Positions 42,607 through 57,900 of a DNA stretch of 64,000 nt are shown here, one piece after another. The notes beneath the pieces are model-generated. The model saw nothing but the letters and a program-made list of their open reading frames with translations. It did not search any database and was not told the DNA's origin. The DNA lies in NCBI GenBank assembly GCA_951406725.2, contig OX597824.1:64046001-64110000 (forward strand). The letters are read 5' to 3'. The translations under genes were made by a program, and so were the position numbers. Position 1 is the first letter of the stretch; each line of letters starts with the position of its first letter. Origin of the DNA: Octopus vulgaris (lineage: Eukaryota).

Positions 42607-43239
42607 ACACACATGTACATACATGAATGTATTATACATGCATGCATGAGGACATATTTACGAGCATATATGTACGTGTGTATGTACATAAGTATGTGCA
42701 GATTTGTATATTTTATGTATGTATACTCATGCATATAGTTACACATCTAGACATGTTCATATATATGTATGTGTATCATCAGTGGTTCATTTGTCTGAAA
42801 AAGAAGTACACTCTAAAAGACAAAGCAGTAATGTATTTACATGCAGTTTCACATTCATAAAGTGCGTAGCTTTATAGATGACCCATCAGTCTCCACCATT
42901 AGAGTCTGACAAATTGTCTATAAAGTTGAGCACCTCATGGATGCAAAACCATTGGTCACTCTATGACCAGACATATATTTAAATGTATGTGTGTCGGTGG
43001 AACGTAAAAAGTACCAACCGATGGAGGCCGATGCGAGTTTCCACTCATTGGCTCCTGTGCCAGTGATATGTAAAAAGCATCCACTATGCTCTCGGAGTGG
43101 TTGGCATTAGAAAGAGCATTCAGCTGTAGAAACTCTGCCAGACCAGAATGGAGCGCCTGGTGCAGACGCTGGCTCTCCAGAGCTCAGTTAAACCATCCAA
43201 CCCATGCCAGCATGGAAAACGGACGTTAATCCATGAGAT

Positions 43240-43274
<35 letters not shown>

Positions 43275-43322
43275 TATATAGTACACATAAACACATACAT
43301 GTATGTGTATGTGTGTGTATGC

Positions 43323-43365
<43 letters not shown>

Positions 43366-44732
43366 CATATATACAATTATGACGATATGTAGGTATGTAT
43401 ACAAGATTGTTTATCCATGCATATATACATGCATCCTCATAACATATTGTTATGATGCCTTTGATATTACAATGATTGCTTATAAAGAACAGCTGCAAAG
43501 AAAAATAAATGTAAACATACCCCTGGTGTTTGGATCTTCGGTACTCCTTGTTGTTGTTGTGGTGGTGCATAGTCATCTGCTGATGGTGCTGGGTGCCAGC
43601 CATTGTAGAAACGAGGTGTGTATGGTGGTACGTATCCTTTGTAATCTTCCCTGAAATAAAATATAAGAAATGTTTTCTTTCATTTTCTGCATTATTTTCT
43701 GTGAAACTCTGGACTCATAATAATAATGATAATACATATACACTAACACAAACAGGTGTACACATGGAGTCCTAAATACTGGATATATTTCATGCGATTT
43801 AATGTTTAAATTACACTCTGTGTGTGTGTGTGTGTGTGTGCATGCGTGTGCAGGCATGCCAGCATGGTAAGAAGCTTGCTTCACAACCAAATGGCTCTGA
43901 GTTCAGTCCCTCTGCATGACACCTTGGGCAAGTATATTCTGCTAGAGCTTCAGGTTGACCAAAAAATATTATTTTATCCATGCCAAAAGTTTTTTCCCAG
44001 TTTTGAAGGTGCATGGCTCAGTGATTAGAGCATCAGGCTCAAAACCAATTAGGTAGTGTGTTATGTTCTTGAGCAGACCAGGCTGTGTGTTATGTTCTTG
44101 AGCAAGACACTTTATTTCATGTTGCTCTAACTGACTCAGCTCTAGAAATGAGTTGCGACATCATTGGTGCCAAACTGTATCAGCCTTTGCTTTCCCTTGG
44201 ATAACATCAGAGGCGTGGAGAGGGGAAGGTGGTATGCATGGGTGACTGTTGATCTCCTTTAAACAATAAACAACCTTGCCCGGACTTATGCCTTGGAGGG
44301 GAACTCTGTAAGAGCAATCCCACAGTCATTCATGACTGAAGTAGGGGACTTTACCTTTTATATTCTCTTTTACTCTTTCACTTGTTTCAGTCATTTGACT
44401 GCAGCCATTCTGGGGCACTGTCTTTTTTAGTCGAGCAAATTATCCCCAGGACTTATTCTTTGTAAGCCTAGTACTTATTCTAATGGTATCTTTTGCTGAA
44501 CCACTAGTTATGGGGGACATAAACGCACCAGCATCAGTTATCAAGCGATGTTGGGTGGGACAAACACAGACACACAAACATATATATATATGATGGGTAG
44601 CTTTCAGTTTCCATCTACCAAATCTAATCACAAAGCTAGTAGAAAACACTTGCACAAAGTGCCATGCAGTGGAATTGAACCTGAAACCATGTGGTTGTTA
44701 AGCAAGCTACTTACCACACAGCCACTCCTGCA

Positions 44733-44773
<41 letters not shown>

Positions 44774-45236
44774 GTACATACATACACACACACAGAGATA
44801 TACACATATGCATCTAGTGAGATTGAACCTAAAACCACATTGTCAGGACATGAACTTTTTAAACCACACAACCAAATCTGAACATGTAAATATACAATAA
44901 ATAAAGTAAAATCAAGCATTACCGGCTTGTAGTCCATCCTTCTCCAAAAGACATCCACAAGTCTACCTCTTTAGATGTCAAGCAGTTCAGTAGCAGTTCT
45001 TTTGCTTCAGCAGTGAGCATTGGAGAATAAACATTGGCAGCTAAATTACGGTTACCATGGGTTGGATCTCGACTTGCCTCATAGATGAGGCTGAGGGGTG
45101 TGAAAATGAAATGCACAAGTTCTGGTGCATTTGGGTCATGGATGTGACCTTTTAGCTTAGCCTGCAGCAGAAACAATGAAAGAAGAAAGCTACTTTATTA
45201 TGAGTAAGAAAACAGGTAAAGTTATAATAAATAGAA

Positions 45237-45277
<41 letters not shown>

Positions 45278-48200
45278 TGCATATATGTGTACAGGACATC
45301 ACCAACAGTTCAAACATGAAATATGTAAACAAACGAATTAAATATGTAAACAACAAGAAAAAAATAGAGAACAGGACAAGTAAACACAGAGAAAGAACCT
45401 GTCATCAGTTGTTGGCTGTCTATCTATTCCTCATTTTGAACATTCAACGACAATATGAGTTTTCAAAAACAGTTGCTTCCATAAATTCTAAAATAAAATT
45501 TAGCACTTATGGAGGGTCAATGTTGGGAACAAAAACATGACAGTGGTGACATACAAGGAAACCAAATGAAAACAAACACGGAGGGTCATTAGACCAGAAT
45601 GAGAGGAAAATAGTGAATTAACTACTGCAATGCATTACATTTTGGTCAATGCTCTACAATCCTACCAAACAATTTAAGGTACAAAGCCTGAATTCTGAGA
45701 AAGGAGTTTAGTCGATTATATCAACCCCAGTGCTTAACTGGTACTTTATTTTACTGGCCCCAAAAGGATGAAAGGCAAAGTCAACCTTGGCAACATTTGA
45801 ACTCAGAATGTAAAGCCAGAAGAAATGCTACTAAGCATTTTGTCCAGTGCCTTAACAATTCTGCCAGCTTGCTGCCTTAACAATAATAATCCTTTCTACT
45901 ACAAGCACAAGGCCTGAAATTTTGGGGGAGGAGGATAGTCGATTACATCGACCCGGGTGTTTCACTGGTTCTTAATTTAATGACCTTGAAAGGATGAAAG
46001 GCAAAGTCAACCACAGTGGAATTTGAACTCAGAACATAGCAATGGGCAAAATACCGCTAAGCATTCATCCAGCGTGCTAATGATTCTGTCAGCTCACCAT
46101 CTTAATAATAATAATTTTGTCCAGCATGCCAACTATTCTAACTCAGCAGAATTTAAACTCGAAAGAAATGCCTCTAAGCATTTTTCCTGATGTGCAAACA
46201 ATTCTGCCAGCTCGTTGCCTTAGAGTAACTCAACAGGCATGATAGAGCTGCACAATATATTCACTGGGTAATTTGCAAAAGCCTGGACTTGCCTCATGAT
46301 AAAAACTGGTGGGAACACAAACCACCTCCAGTGCTTGAAAATGACCACATCTCACTCCTCTGGAACTTCACCATTCAAACTGACAGAAAGATAGATGCAA
46401 ATAGGCCAGACATCATAGTAAAAGACTTCAGACAAAAAACATGCCTCCTCATTGATATGACTGTCCCAATCGATAAAAACGTATCTGTCAAGACCTACCA
46501 AAAACTGAGCAAATATAAAGATCTTGAAATAGAAATCAGCAAAATGTGGAACCTGAAGACTAAAACAATACCTGTTGTCATAGGTGCCCTGGGAATGATA
46601 GCAAAAGGGGCTGATTGTTACCTAGCTCAGATACCAGGAAACCCAAAAATGGCAGAAATTCAAAAGATGGTGCTCATGGGAACTGCTCATATCCTATGCA
46701 AAATACTTTCCATGTAATCTCAAGTTTTAAAACAAACATAATTTCCGTATGGTTTTTTTTACACATTCACTAGTACAACACTAAGTACAAAACCAAATAT
46801 ATGGCACCCTAGGCAAAACACCAAACCGAACTTCCAACTTGTCTCTTGAGGTCTCTGGGTGAGACTTGGAGCCAGCTTGTGCAAATGTAAGGCAAAAGTC
46901 AAACATAGAATAATAATAACAACAACAACAATCCTTTCTACTATAAGCACAAGGCCTGAAATTTGCAGGGTGGGGGCCAGTCAATTACATCAATCCAGTA
47001 CTGATCTGGTACTTATTTCATTGACCCCAAAAGGATGAAAGTAAAGTCAACTTTAGTGGAATTTGAGCCCAGAATACAAAGACAGAAAAAATGCTGCTAA
47101 GCATTTTGCCCAGCATGCTAACAATTCTGCCAGCTCACCACCTTGATGATGATGGAAAAACCACTGATCCAGGATTAACTTGACACCTAAGGACAAATGA
47201 CATCTCCCAGCTGTATACTCTGGCTTACAGGCACACCCTGAATTTATGTTCACTCACATGGGCCAGTTTTACCACTCACATTCACACCTCAATAAATGCA
47301 GTGAAGGGCAGCAACTCCAATCACCTCCCTCTCCAAGCAGGACTGATGACAGCTTGGCTATAATGAAAAATGTCTGCCTACAATCTTTTCAATCATGTCT
47401 ATAATACACTTGCTTTTGCCAGAGCTATCAGAGGAAAACAACCAAAGAAAAGTAATAGGGAGATGCTCACAACAGACTTGATGGACAGCCTTTCAAAACA
47501 ATTGTACAGGCAATGCACTCTTGTAAAATGAGTACCTGCAGAATGATCTTGTCATTCTGTACACATCTTAGGCAAGTCTGTAGTGTTTATCTCAAACTGA
47601 TAATATCTGTATTAATATTGCCATATTTGAGATTAAAGAGTTGAACAAAACGTTGCTGGAAATAGTGGAGCAAAAGGCTACTGAAAAAACTGCATACAAT
47701 TACCTAGATCAAGGCTTCTACATTAATTCCAGATTAGTTTTCCTGGAATTACTTAAAAAGGTCCAAGATTGTGTCCCCTCTCACAAAGACAATACATTCC
47801 ATCAGCTACCAGATGTCCAGATCTTGTAGTAGATTCAAAACATTCACGTTTGTCACTCACTGATCCATGGATGTTGGATTCATGGTAAATACCTTATTTC
47901 TACTTGTCAAGGGAATGCCACAAAAATGTGAACTGCTTAATGGAATTTTAACTTCCATTGCCGCTATATCATGTAATAATGATATTAACAATGTCAAAAG
48001 ACTAGAAATTTTGAAACCACAAGTTTTATGGATGGACTAGGACCCCAATATTTAACTGGCACTTTGCTTCTAAAGTTTATGAAAGGCAAAGCTAAATAAC
48101 AACTAGAAAAAATGGTTTTTGATTTATGCACAAGGTGAGATTTGTAAGGGAATTGATTCAAACAATATTAGTATATGACTTTTACTCACTTTATTGATTA

Positions 48201-49319
48201 GAGACTATTGAAAAAAAAAGGTTGATTTCCTGTAGAATAAGACTAAAAACTGAAAGGTATTCAGTTTAGCTCTTTACTACACTCTTCTTGGTCAACAACA
48301 GCAAGAAGATGGACAATTGAAGCAAGAATTTTTAAAAAAATGAGAAGGAAGAAAAAGGTTGATGAAAGTAAAAGAAAGAAAAAATAGAAGAAATTAACAA
48401 AACTAGGAAATAAAGCACCAAGAAAAGCCTTACCAATAAGTTGAAGGACAATTTGAACTTTTGAAATATATCCACGAAATCTTGTGGCTTGGGTGGTAGA
48501 GCACTCATTGTCAGTTTTTCTTCTGTAATGAGAATAGAAATGAAAATGTTTGAGCAAATGAATATAACACGTCAATATTGATCATAATTTAAATAACAGT
48601 TTCCTACTTAGACACAAGGCTAACTTAGAACAGGTGTAGCAACAGCTAAGATTTGTTGATGAAGCCAGAATTAACTAAAAATATGTCCACAGTTGGCTCC
48701 CATACTCGCAGAATATATGAAAACTAGTGATTTCTAGTATAGAAACAAAAACAATACTAATATAGTAAAAGTGTGACGATTAGGTGACACAATACAAAGG
48801 AGATGGGAATCACACTACAAAGACTGTGACACAATACTATCATACTAGCAGGACTCATAGTATAAATCAGAGGAAAGAGTTTCAAAAAATTCTTTTGATA
48901 CCTTGTCATTTAATAAGGTATTGCTTAACTACCTCCATGTAATACATTTGACAGATATGAAGTAGTTTATAGCTTAAGGAAATGAAAAATGTACTAAAAT
49001 GATAAAACTTATTTATATGTATTGATTAAACGTTTATTATTTACAGTTTTGTTAAATGTCTGTCCCTGTGCTTTATTTACTGTCAGAGAGTAGGACAGCC
49101 TTACATGGAACTGAACAAATTTGAAAATGAAGGTTGGAGTTATTAGGAGCCAGTTGCATGTGAGATATTAGTAAGTGCATTCCTTCTTGTTCACCTGCTA
49201 TTGAAGTGGCTTCAATGCAATTATTGTGAAGGCTGCCCTTGTTCACTTTAGTGACATATATATTTTTGCCTTTGGGTAGTAAAATTGCTAATTAGCCACC
49301 CATATTATATATATATATA

Positions 49320-49367
<48 letters not shown>

Positions 49368-52300
49368 ATCCAAACGTGAAAACACAAAGAGAAAACACAA
49401 CAACATGAGGGCGTGGAACAAGTATAGTGTTATTGGACACTCAGGAAAGGAAAGAAAGGAGAATCTAATGTTTCGAGCGGAGCTCTTCATCAGAAACATA
49501 GGAAAAGGAAAGATCCAAGGAAAGGGAGATGGAAGAAAAAAAATCGCCAACGATACACACATGGTCACACACATATATATATATCCATTCAAATCATAAC
49601 TTCTCTTGATGATGTAAGTGTAACACACAGAAAAGTGTAACACAATGCAAAGAGTGTAATATAATGCAGTCAAAGTGTAAAGTGTGACACAATACAAACA
49701 GTCTATCATGGCAAAAGTTTGTAGAAAAAACATTGTAAATTTTAACAATATAAACACTGTGACAGGGCAGAGAATGGCACATGAAAGATACTGACACAAC
49801 ACCATCAAATCTGTTTCACAATACAGTGGTACAATAACATACATTAAAATGTGACACAGTACAAACTTATAACATGGTAGGGGTAATCACAATGCAGACA
49901 ATGTGACACAATAGCATTAAACTGTGAAATGTGACAAAGAACAAATAGCATAACAGGCAAGAATATGATATGAAGAAAACACTGATACCAACCAAATTGT
50001 ATATTTTGTCACAAGTAACATAGCGCAAAGTGTGTGATGTAGCAGACAGTTTATCACAAGTGTAACTCAATCATGCAGTAGAGTGAATGTAAAGTAGTGC
50101 AAAACAGTAGAACACACACTCACCCATTTCTTGTCGTCCTCTTTTTTCTTTCCCTCCTTTATCTTTCTTCAACCTTTCCAGTTCCTTGTAGGACTCTGCA
50201 GCCTTTTGTAGTCGGGCCACAAACTTCTCGATATCATCAAAGCAGTGATTCAACAATTGCTGAAGAATTTCAATAAATAATTCCAAATGATTACAATAAA
50301 TAAATTTACTAAATACCTTTCATTTCTTAATATCAAATGTTTAAATGTCCAAAATGATTTATTAACCCTTTTGTTACCAACCTGCCAGCAACCACCCTTG
50401 GACCTATTAAACCTCCTGTTTGAAGTGAGCTATATTAAAATCTTCCAACAAAATTGTATGTAAATTTATGTTCCAAACACCAGGTTAATAAAGGTTTCCA
50501 ATTTTTACATAGAGCCAGTAGATTTTGAGGGGAGAAGGAGTCAGTTACATTGACCCCAGTATTTAACTGGTATCTATTTTACTGACATATTGGTATTCAT
50601 TTTATTTTAGTGAAGGCGCATGGCTCAGTGGTTAGTGCATCGAGCTTACAATAGTGAGGTTGTGAGTTCGAATCCCAGACTGGGCTGCGTGTTGTGTTCT
50701 TGAGCAAGACACTTGATTTCACATTGCTCCAGAGCTGCGATGTCACAGGTGCCAAGCTGTATCTGTTGTTGCCTTTCCCTTGGATAACACTGGTGGCATG
50801 GAGAGGGGAGGCTGGTATGCATGGGCGACTGCTGGTCTTCTATAAACAACCTTGCCCAGACTTGTACCTGGGAGGGTAACTTTCTAGGTGCAATCCCACA
50901 GTCAGTCATGACCGAAGGGTCACAATTTTATTGACTCCCCAAGGATGAAGAACGGCAAACATGACCTCCATGGAATTTGCACTGAGAAGATAAAAATGGA
51001 TGAAATGCTACTAAGCATTTTGTCTGGCATGTTAATGATCCTGCCAGCTTGCTGCTTTACAGTAGATTAATAATGACCAAGTTATTTTACCAAATCTTTC
51101 ATTTCATTCAGGAATAATTCACACAAAGGTAGTGTATTTCAACAGAAATCATCATCATCATTTAATGTCCATGCTAGCATGGGTTGGACGATTTGACTGA
51201 CGACTAGCGAACCAGATGGCTGCACCAGGCTCCAATCTGATCTGGCAGAGTTTCTACAACTGGATGCCCTTCCTAACGCCAACTGCTCCGAAAGTGTAGT
51301 GGGTGCTTTTACGTGCTACCAGCAATGGCCACGCTCGAAATGGTGCTTTTTACGTACAACCTGCACAGGAGTCAGTCCAGCGGCACTGGCAACAACCTCG
51401 CTCGAATGTTTTGTTCATGTGCCACCTGCACAAGTGTCAGTAAGACGACGCTGGTAACGATCATACTCAAATGGTGCTTTTTATGTGCCACCAGCACAGA
51501 AGCCAGACAGCTTGGATGGAGCTGTTAGTGCTCCACTGGCACAGGTACCAGTCATTGAATTTGGTTCAATTTCGATTTCACTTGCCCCAACAGGTCTTCG
51601 CAAGCAGAGTTTAGTGTCCAATGAGGGGAGGTTGGCATGGGTACCAGTCGACGAATTTGGTTAGATAACAAAAATGGTTAAGATAACTTTCCAAATTAGT
51701 AACCTTATCTTCAGAGCTGAATTTACCTCTACACAATGTATACGATTTGAATGCTGAGCATCAGATTACAGGTTCAATAATCAGACTGGATTGCAAGTTG
51801 TTTCTTGAACAAGGTGCTTCTTTACACATTGCTTCAGCCCACCACCACCACCAGCTTGTGGAAGGGTTAACCCTGCAATAGACTGGTGTCCCATAAGGGT
51901 GGGAACAATGTTGTACTCTTTGCTTAAATGCCACAGAAACCACGATAATCTCTCGCCTAATGGCTTCAAAGGATCAAGACCAATTATAATACCATGGTTT
52001 GAGTTCTGTTTGTCATCAGGTGTCTTATTCTTGGATATGTACAGAGCATAAGAGCACACTAAATTCAAAATAAGGATATTTATTTCTAAACAAAAGGTAA
52101 TAACATTCTTACCCACAATGCCTTTGAAGCCTGTACATATTTCATCGGCATTGAATATGTATGGTATCTGGCACTGTATAACAACCAGAAATAAGACACC
52201 TGATGATGATCAAGGGTCAAGCCAACTGAAACACTGTAGTTGTAAATATTGAAATACCAACACTAACCATGTGGTGAAATAATCTTATAAGTTATAATCT

Positions 52301-54927
52301 TACATGTTACTCTTTAGTCTTATTTAGTAGACCATGTTATACTTTCAAAATATATATAAGCAACAGAGGCAGCATTAATACGGAGAGGTAATATTTATGC
52401 CCACATGAACATGGATGTTCAGTTAGATGTTCTGTTTAAACATGAATGTTCTATTAGAACCAAAGGATAGTTTGTTCTAACAGAACATCCATGTCTCAGT
52501 TATACTTTCAGCCCTTAATCATCCATATTTTCCAAGAGCTGAACTTAGAGATATTTCAGCCAAGAGAATATAAATAAATAAATTAATTAATTAATTAATC
52601 TATACAAATAAAGCTGAAATTGTCTGTGTGTGTGTGTGTGTGGTACGTTTGGTAGCCTTCAACTAACACTATCACTTCCGAGACTCTGCGGCGCAAGTTG
52701 ACCAAAATTGAGAGTATGATAGAAGAAGGCTTGCTCTTCATTCCATAGAAGAAAAAATCCAAATCGGACCATGTTAAGACCAAAAATTATTTACATCTAT
52801 GAAAATCCCAATTTTTTACGATTTTTTTACTGCTGTGTCGCCATTTTTCGATGTATTTCAAACAGAAAAATGTCCACTTAAAGAGAATAACAAGCTACAT
52901 AATGCAAAAGTTTTACTTTTCAAAAAAGATTGAAACTATGTCAAAACTTTGTTAGCATGACATCAAAGTCTGCCATTTTAAGTGCAACTAAAAAACAAAC
53001 CCAAGCAACAGCGGGCTATACTGCTAGTTAATAAACATCTGAAAATTCATTGCAGAAACATCAATTCTTAAATGTTTCTTTGAAAATGTGGTAAACTTCA
53101 GGACAGACCAGTGTATCCATGGATGTGTGGACAAGTGGAACTGTGAATGATTGCATCTCTAAACCTGTGAGCCAGTGGATCTGCAAATCACTGGATTAGT
53201 AGGCCTGTAGATCCATAGTCCAGTGAATTGGTAAACTAGTTGATCTGTGAACTACTAGATCTATGGACCAGTGGTATTGCTAATCTGGAGACCAGTTGAT
53301 CAGAGGATCAATTGATTTGCAGTTAAGTGATCTATGAACCTGGTTATAAATTGAAATGTACTTCAAGGAGATAATTGTTCAAAGTATGTCTCAAAAAGGA
53401 AAGGAAAACTCACCCCATCTCGTTCTGAATTCTCATTTTTCAATAGATTTGGCCCAGTCAGACTGGAACTCAGTGTTCTGTCTATAATAGAAATTAGTAA
53501 ATAGTAATCAAGTAGGATTATATGTTTATACGATTAACAAGATATAAAGATGGTGCAAATTAACTTTTTCAACTCTTTAGCATTTAAACCAGCCATATTC
53601 TCCCTGTTTTATGTTCAAACAGGCTAGATCTGGTCTCTCACACCTACCCTACAATGTCATTCTAAAAGTAAGCCATCACATCACTGAAATCTCAAAGCTA
53701 TAAGATAATGCATGATTAATTCAAAGGAATATGAATAAAAAGGTATTGTATTTGATAGAATAACCTGAATACTAAAGAGTTAAAAAATATTTTAAAATAC
53801 ACTGAAAATTATAAGGAAAATGGAATGGCAGTTTTAACTATTCCTCTTTATGTTATGTGTTCCAATTTCAAAGAGACAGAAAATGCTTTTTTTTGTTGTT
53901 TTATGGTCAATAAAATAGGTATGTGTTGTTGTTATGCAGCAACTCCCTGTAGCTATGTATGACCTACAGATCTATTGGCCCACATATATATACCGCTTGT
54001 ACCCAGCTGAAAACTACACTCAAACATGCAACGACTAGTTGTACAAGGTGCAGTGTGACAGTCTGTACATGTATTCTCTCCACCGTCTAGTCTATATCAG
54101 CAGAATTTGTACATTCTAGTTAATGAAATTTTACAAGTTGACTGTTATATTTTACTGACAATATTTTACGCATATCTAATGATTCAAAATGGCCACCCTT
54201 TGCTTGCAATATAGCCTTTAATCTTTTCTCAACTGACCTATGTTTAAATAATGGGTAAATGCTGCACCTGGTAGACATGGTCAGAATGCAGCTGTGACTA
54301 TTCCTCTGCACTTCTCATTGGAATAAATACCAGAAATATATTGCAGTCAATTACAGACCTGCTCTACATGTGTTTGGTCAGTGGAAAGAAAAACAGTAAT
54401 ATACTGTGATTGATGGCAGATCTGTTCTATACACATGTGGTTAAGAAATCTCTAACAAAAGATATAGAATTAAAATACATATACACATACATATATACAT
54501 ACATACACATGCAAAAATATATACATATATAAACACACACACACAAAAACATATACATATAGACACACACACAAAAACATATACACACCTGACCTTTCTT
54601 TCTTGGTTCAACTACCATCCATGCAACATCTATATTCCTCCCTGTACCTGTTAAATCTTATGACCCTGCCATAAAGCTTTACTTCCACATATGCCAGCTT
54701 AATTTAATTTGTCCTTAGTCGAAAGACACCTGTTTTCATATACATTCACCGCTTTCTTCCAAGGAATCTAATGCTCTTAGCTTAGTTTTTCCTTGAGGCT
54801 GGCCAGATTGGAGCAATCTTGAGTATAACCAGTTGAAATTGCAAAGATAATTTGGAACTCGACTGAGGATAGAAAACTCCGAATGACCCATCCTTGTTTT
54901 CTTGGTATCATCTGTCTGGATGTTTTG

Positions 54928-54967
<40 letters not shown>

Positions 54968-57900
54968 GAGAGAAAGAAAGCTTTTTAAGATATAGGTTCA
55001 AGTTCTGATTGGTTATAAGCTTAATGATGTCACTTATATTTGTCTGCCCATAGTCCAGCATTTTGGTTAGCTGACTGCCTGAATATGTCACTCCTTTCTC
55101 AGATGTTCTGGTTACATACTTTGGTTTAGTAGTAGGCCAGCGTTCTGGTTGGTTGACTTCCTGGTGAAATCATCTGTTTTATCAGCTGTTTTGATAACAT
55201 GTTTCTGTCTGACAATTGTCCAGCTGTCCAGTTGGTTGATTCTGTCAAGAAGTCACTTATCTTGCTCAGCTAAATGGGTTTTTTTTAAAATTTTTCTTCC
55301 TGAAAGTTCAGTTTCGACTAGTAAAAAATTTAATTGGTTAAGCTTAGGATGACATCAGTAACTAGTGCTAAGAAAGTACAAGGTGTAATTGTGAAGTAGT
55401 TTGAAGTTAGGGTTTCGAATCCTGGAGGAAACCCATTACTACAACTGTTGTTTTATTTTTGTTGTTTGTTGTTATTTATAGTGAATAAATTGCATTTTCT
55501 CATCCTAGTATATTGTTGTAGAATATTTAGTTGTGATTTATATTTCTTTACATATATGTATGTGTGTATGTATGAGCATGTGTGTGTGTGTGTGCATACA
55601 TACATATAGACACATGTGTAAAGAAATATAAATCACAACTAAATACTCTGTAACAAAACACTACAACAAACAAACATCATCCATACATACATATATGACC
55701 CAACCACCCACAAAAACTTTTTTCAAACACTTTTCAATGAACAACCAGTTATTTCAATCAACAACCAGTTTGATCATTCCAACATCATTCAATTATTCTG
55801 TCTCAGTCCTGGCTACCCAGGCAATACCATGAAACAAGTAATGAAATAATTACCTGGTGTGGGAACAAAGCTAGATTTGGCATTCATAAAATTTGGTGGT
55901 TCTGGAGCAGGCTGAGTGGGTGGTGGTGGTATGAGTTTGTTACTGTAACAAAGGTATAAACCTCAAATGAGACAAACATATGTAACCATAGTAACACAGA
56001 TAGTAAACTTTAATTAAGATACACACATATAACCATACTAACACAAATATAAACCTACAATCTGATAAACTTATGTAACCATAGCAGCACAGTGAATTTT
56101 TAATTATACAAGGGGGTACTGAAAAGTTCCTGGATTTAAGGGTATTGCAATAGGCCTGGTTGGAGGCCCAACCTTCTGAGTTCTTTTACAGGGCTTGAAA
56201 AAATTGAAGGACCACTGCAATAAGTGTGTGACTCTGAGAGGGAAATATGTCAAATAAAATCATTATTAACAGATCCTCTAGTATTTTCTTTTACACAAAG
56301 CCAGGAACTTTTCAGCACCCCTTCATACAGAGATGTAAATATAGTAACACAGATATAAAACATCTCCTTCCAAGTGCTAACCAACATCTCACCCAACATG
56401 AGCTTCAAGTATTCACCTCTCCAAGTATGAAGCAGCAAAAATTTAAACTAAACAATTAATACAATGGTTTAACTTCTCACTCGTATAAAGTGTCTGAAAA
56501 AATATGGATTGGGTCATATTCACAGGCTATCTTCTTCAGACAAAGAAGTGATTCTTAGAAAACATTAAAGGCTTCAGCCCCTAACAGCATTCCTTGACAT
56601 CTAACAAGATTGAAGCTAATGACAAAGGTTTTCTTATCACAGTAAGAAATGCTAGTAACAGAAACAAAATCTTCCACAAATGAAAATGTCTTTAAAAAAA
56701 ATCAATAACAAACAGATAAGGTAAACCTGTATACAGATTTAAAACCTTAAAAAGTTACAGTTGGAACACTTTTGATCATAGCTTTGTTTGAGGGCTGACT
56801 TGACTAATCTCTGAGATAAGCTAAGATTATTCTTTGTTTATATTTTACCAAAGATTGTGATCTAAATTTCTGATGTACCATGACAATAGTTATTTGATTA
56901 TCATTTTTTTTTTAATGTTATAGATTACACAAAGATAAAAAACTAGTAATCATGATCTTTATTGAATGGACTCCAAGATTAGGTGGAAGATCTGATCTAA
57001 ATGTTTGCAACAGAGTGGACTCTGACTAAATTATTCAATGAAGGAGCCTTTACATGGTCACATTGCATGTTAAAATGGCAACCAAATCACCATAATGTAC
57101 TTTTAAATATTCTACAGCATAAAGACATGTGGCCTAGTAGTTAGGGTGTTACAGATAAAATTGCAAGATAGTGGGTTTGATTCCCAGATGGGGCAATGCA
57201 CTGTGTTCATGAGCAGAACATCATTTCATATTGCTCTCAGATCACTTTGACATCTGACATGTGACACATAGCACACCTGTACAAGCAATATCAATTTGAT
57301 GGAGGGAGTAAGTTAACTGCAAACATTCCATCACTGTCAACAAATCATTTATATAGGTTTGCTTGATAATAGCAGCCCTGGGATAAAAACAGCAACAAAT
57401 AGAAAGCAACTTCAATCCTTACTTGAAACGACTGGTAGGAGGACGGCCAGCTTTTGCATTCAAAATTTCATCAACAATATCTTGAGCCTGTAAAGAAATG
57501 ATGCTGATATTAAAAATAGTTTCAAATTTTGTACAAAGCCAGCAATTTTAGGGAGCGGGTGAGTCAATTACATTGACCCCAGTGCTCAACTTGTACTTAT
57601 TTTATTAACCCCAAAAGGACGAAAGGCAAAGTCAACCTCAGAAGAATTTGAACTCAGAACAAAGATGAATAAAATGCAAATGATTCCACCAGCTTGCCAC
57701 CTTAATGCTGATATTAATAATGGTTTCTGATTTAGACACAAGGCCAACAATTTCAACAGATGGGGATTAGTGGATATTATCAACCACAGTATTTGACTGG
57801 TACTTCACACACATATGTACGTATATAATATACATACATTTATATATACATACAAATATATATAAAGTACATATACATACACACATTTATACATACATAC

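Noticed and set aside
43567-43590. PSADDY as an intramolecular PxxDY ligand for the SH3
   Set aside because: The spacing is PxxxDY, not the canonical PxxDY.
45380-45480. Minus-strand CTGATGA in a dispersed repeat
   Set aside because: I could not build stem II and GAAA in hammerhead order.
47340-47380. CTGATGA-cagcttggct-ataat-GAAA-aatGTC
   Set aside because: Extra bases before GAAA and no convincing helix I or III; compatible with chance.
54770-54890. Stem followed by GAAA, plus a nearby CTGAGGA
   Set aside because: The core elements do not match the hammerhead consensus in sequence or order.
55060-55300. Acceptor-like site and unique-looking sequence between EPS8 exons
   Set aside because: Stops in all three frames soon after the AG; the flanking exons already join in phase.
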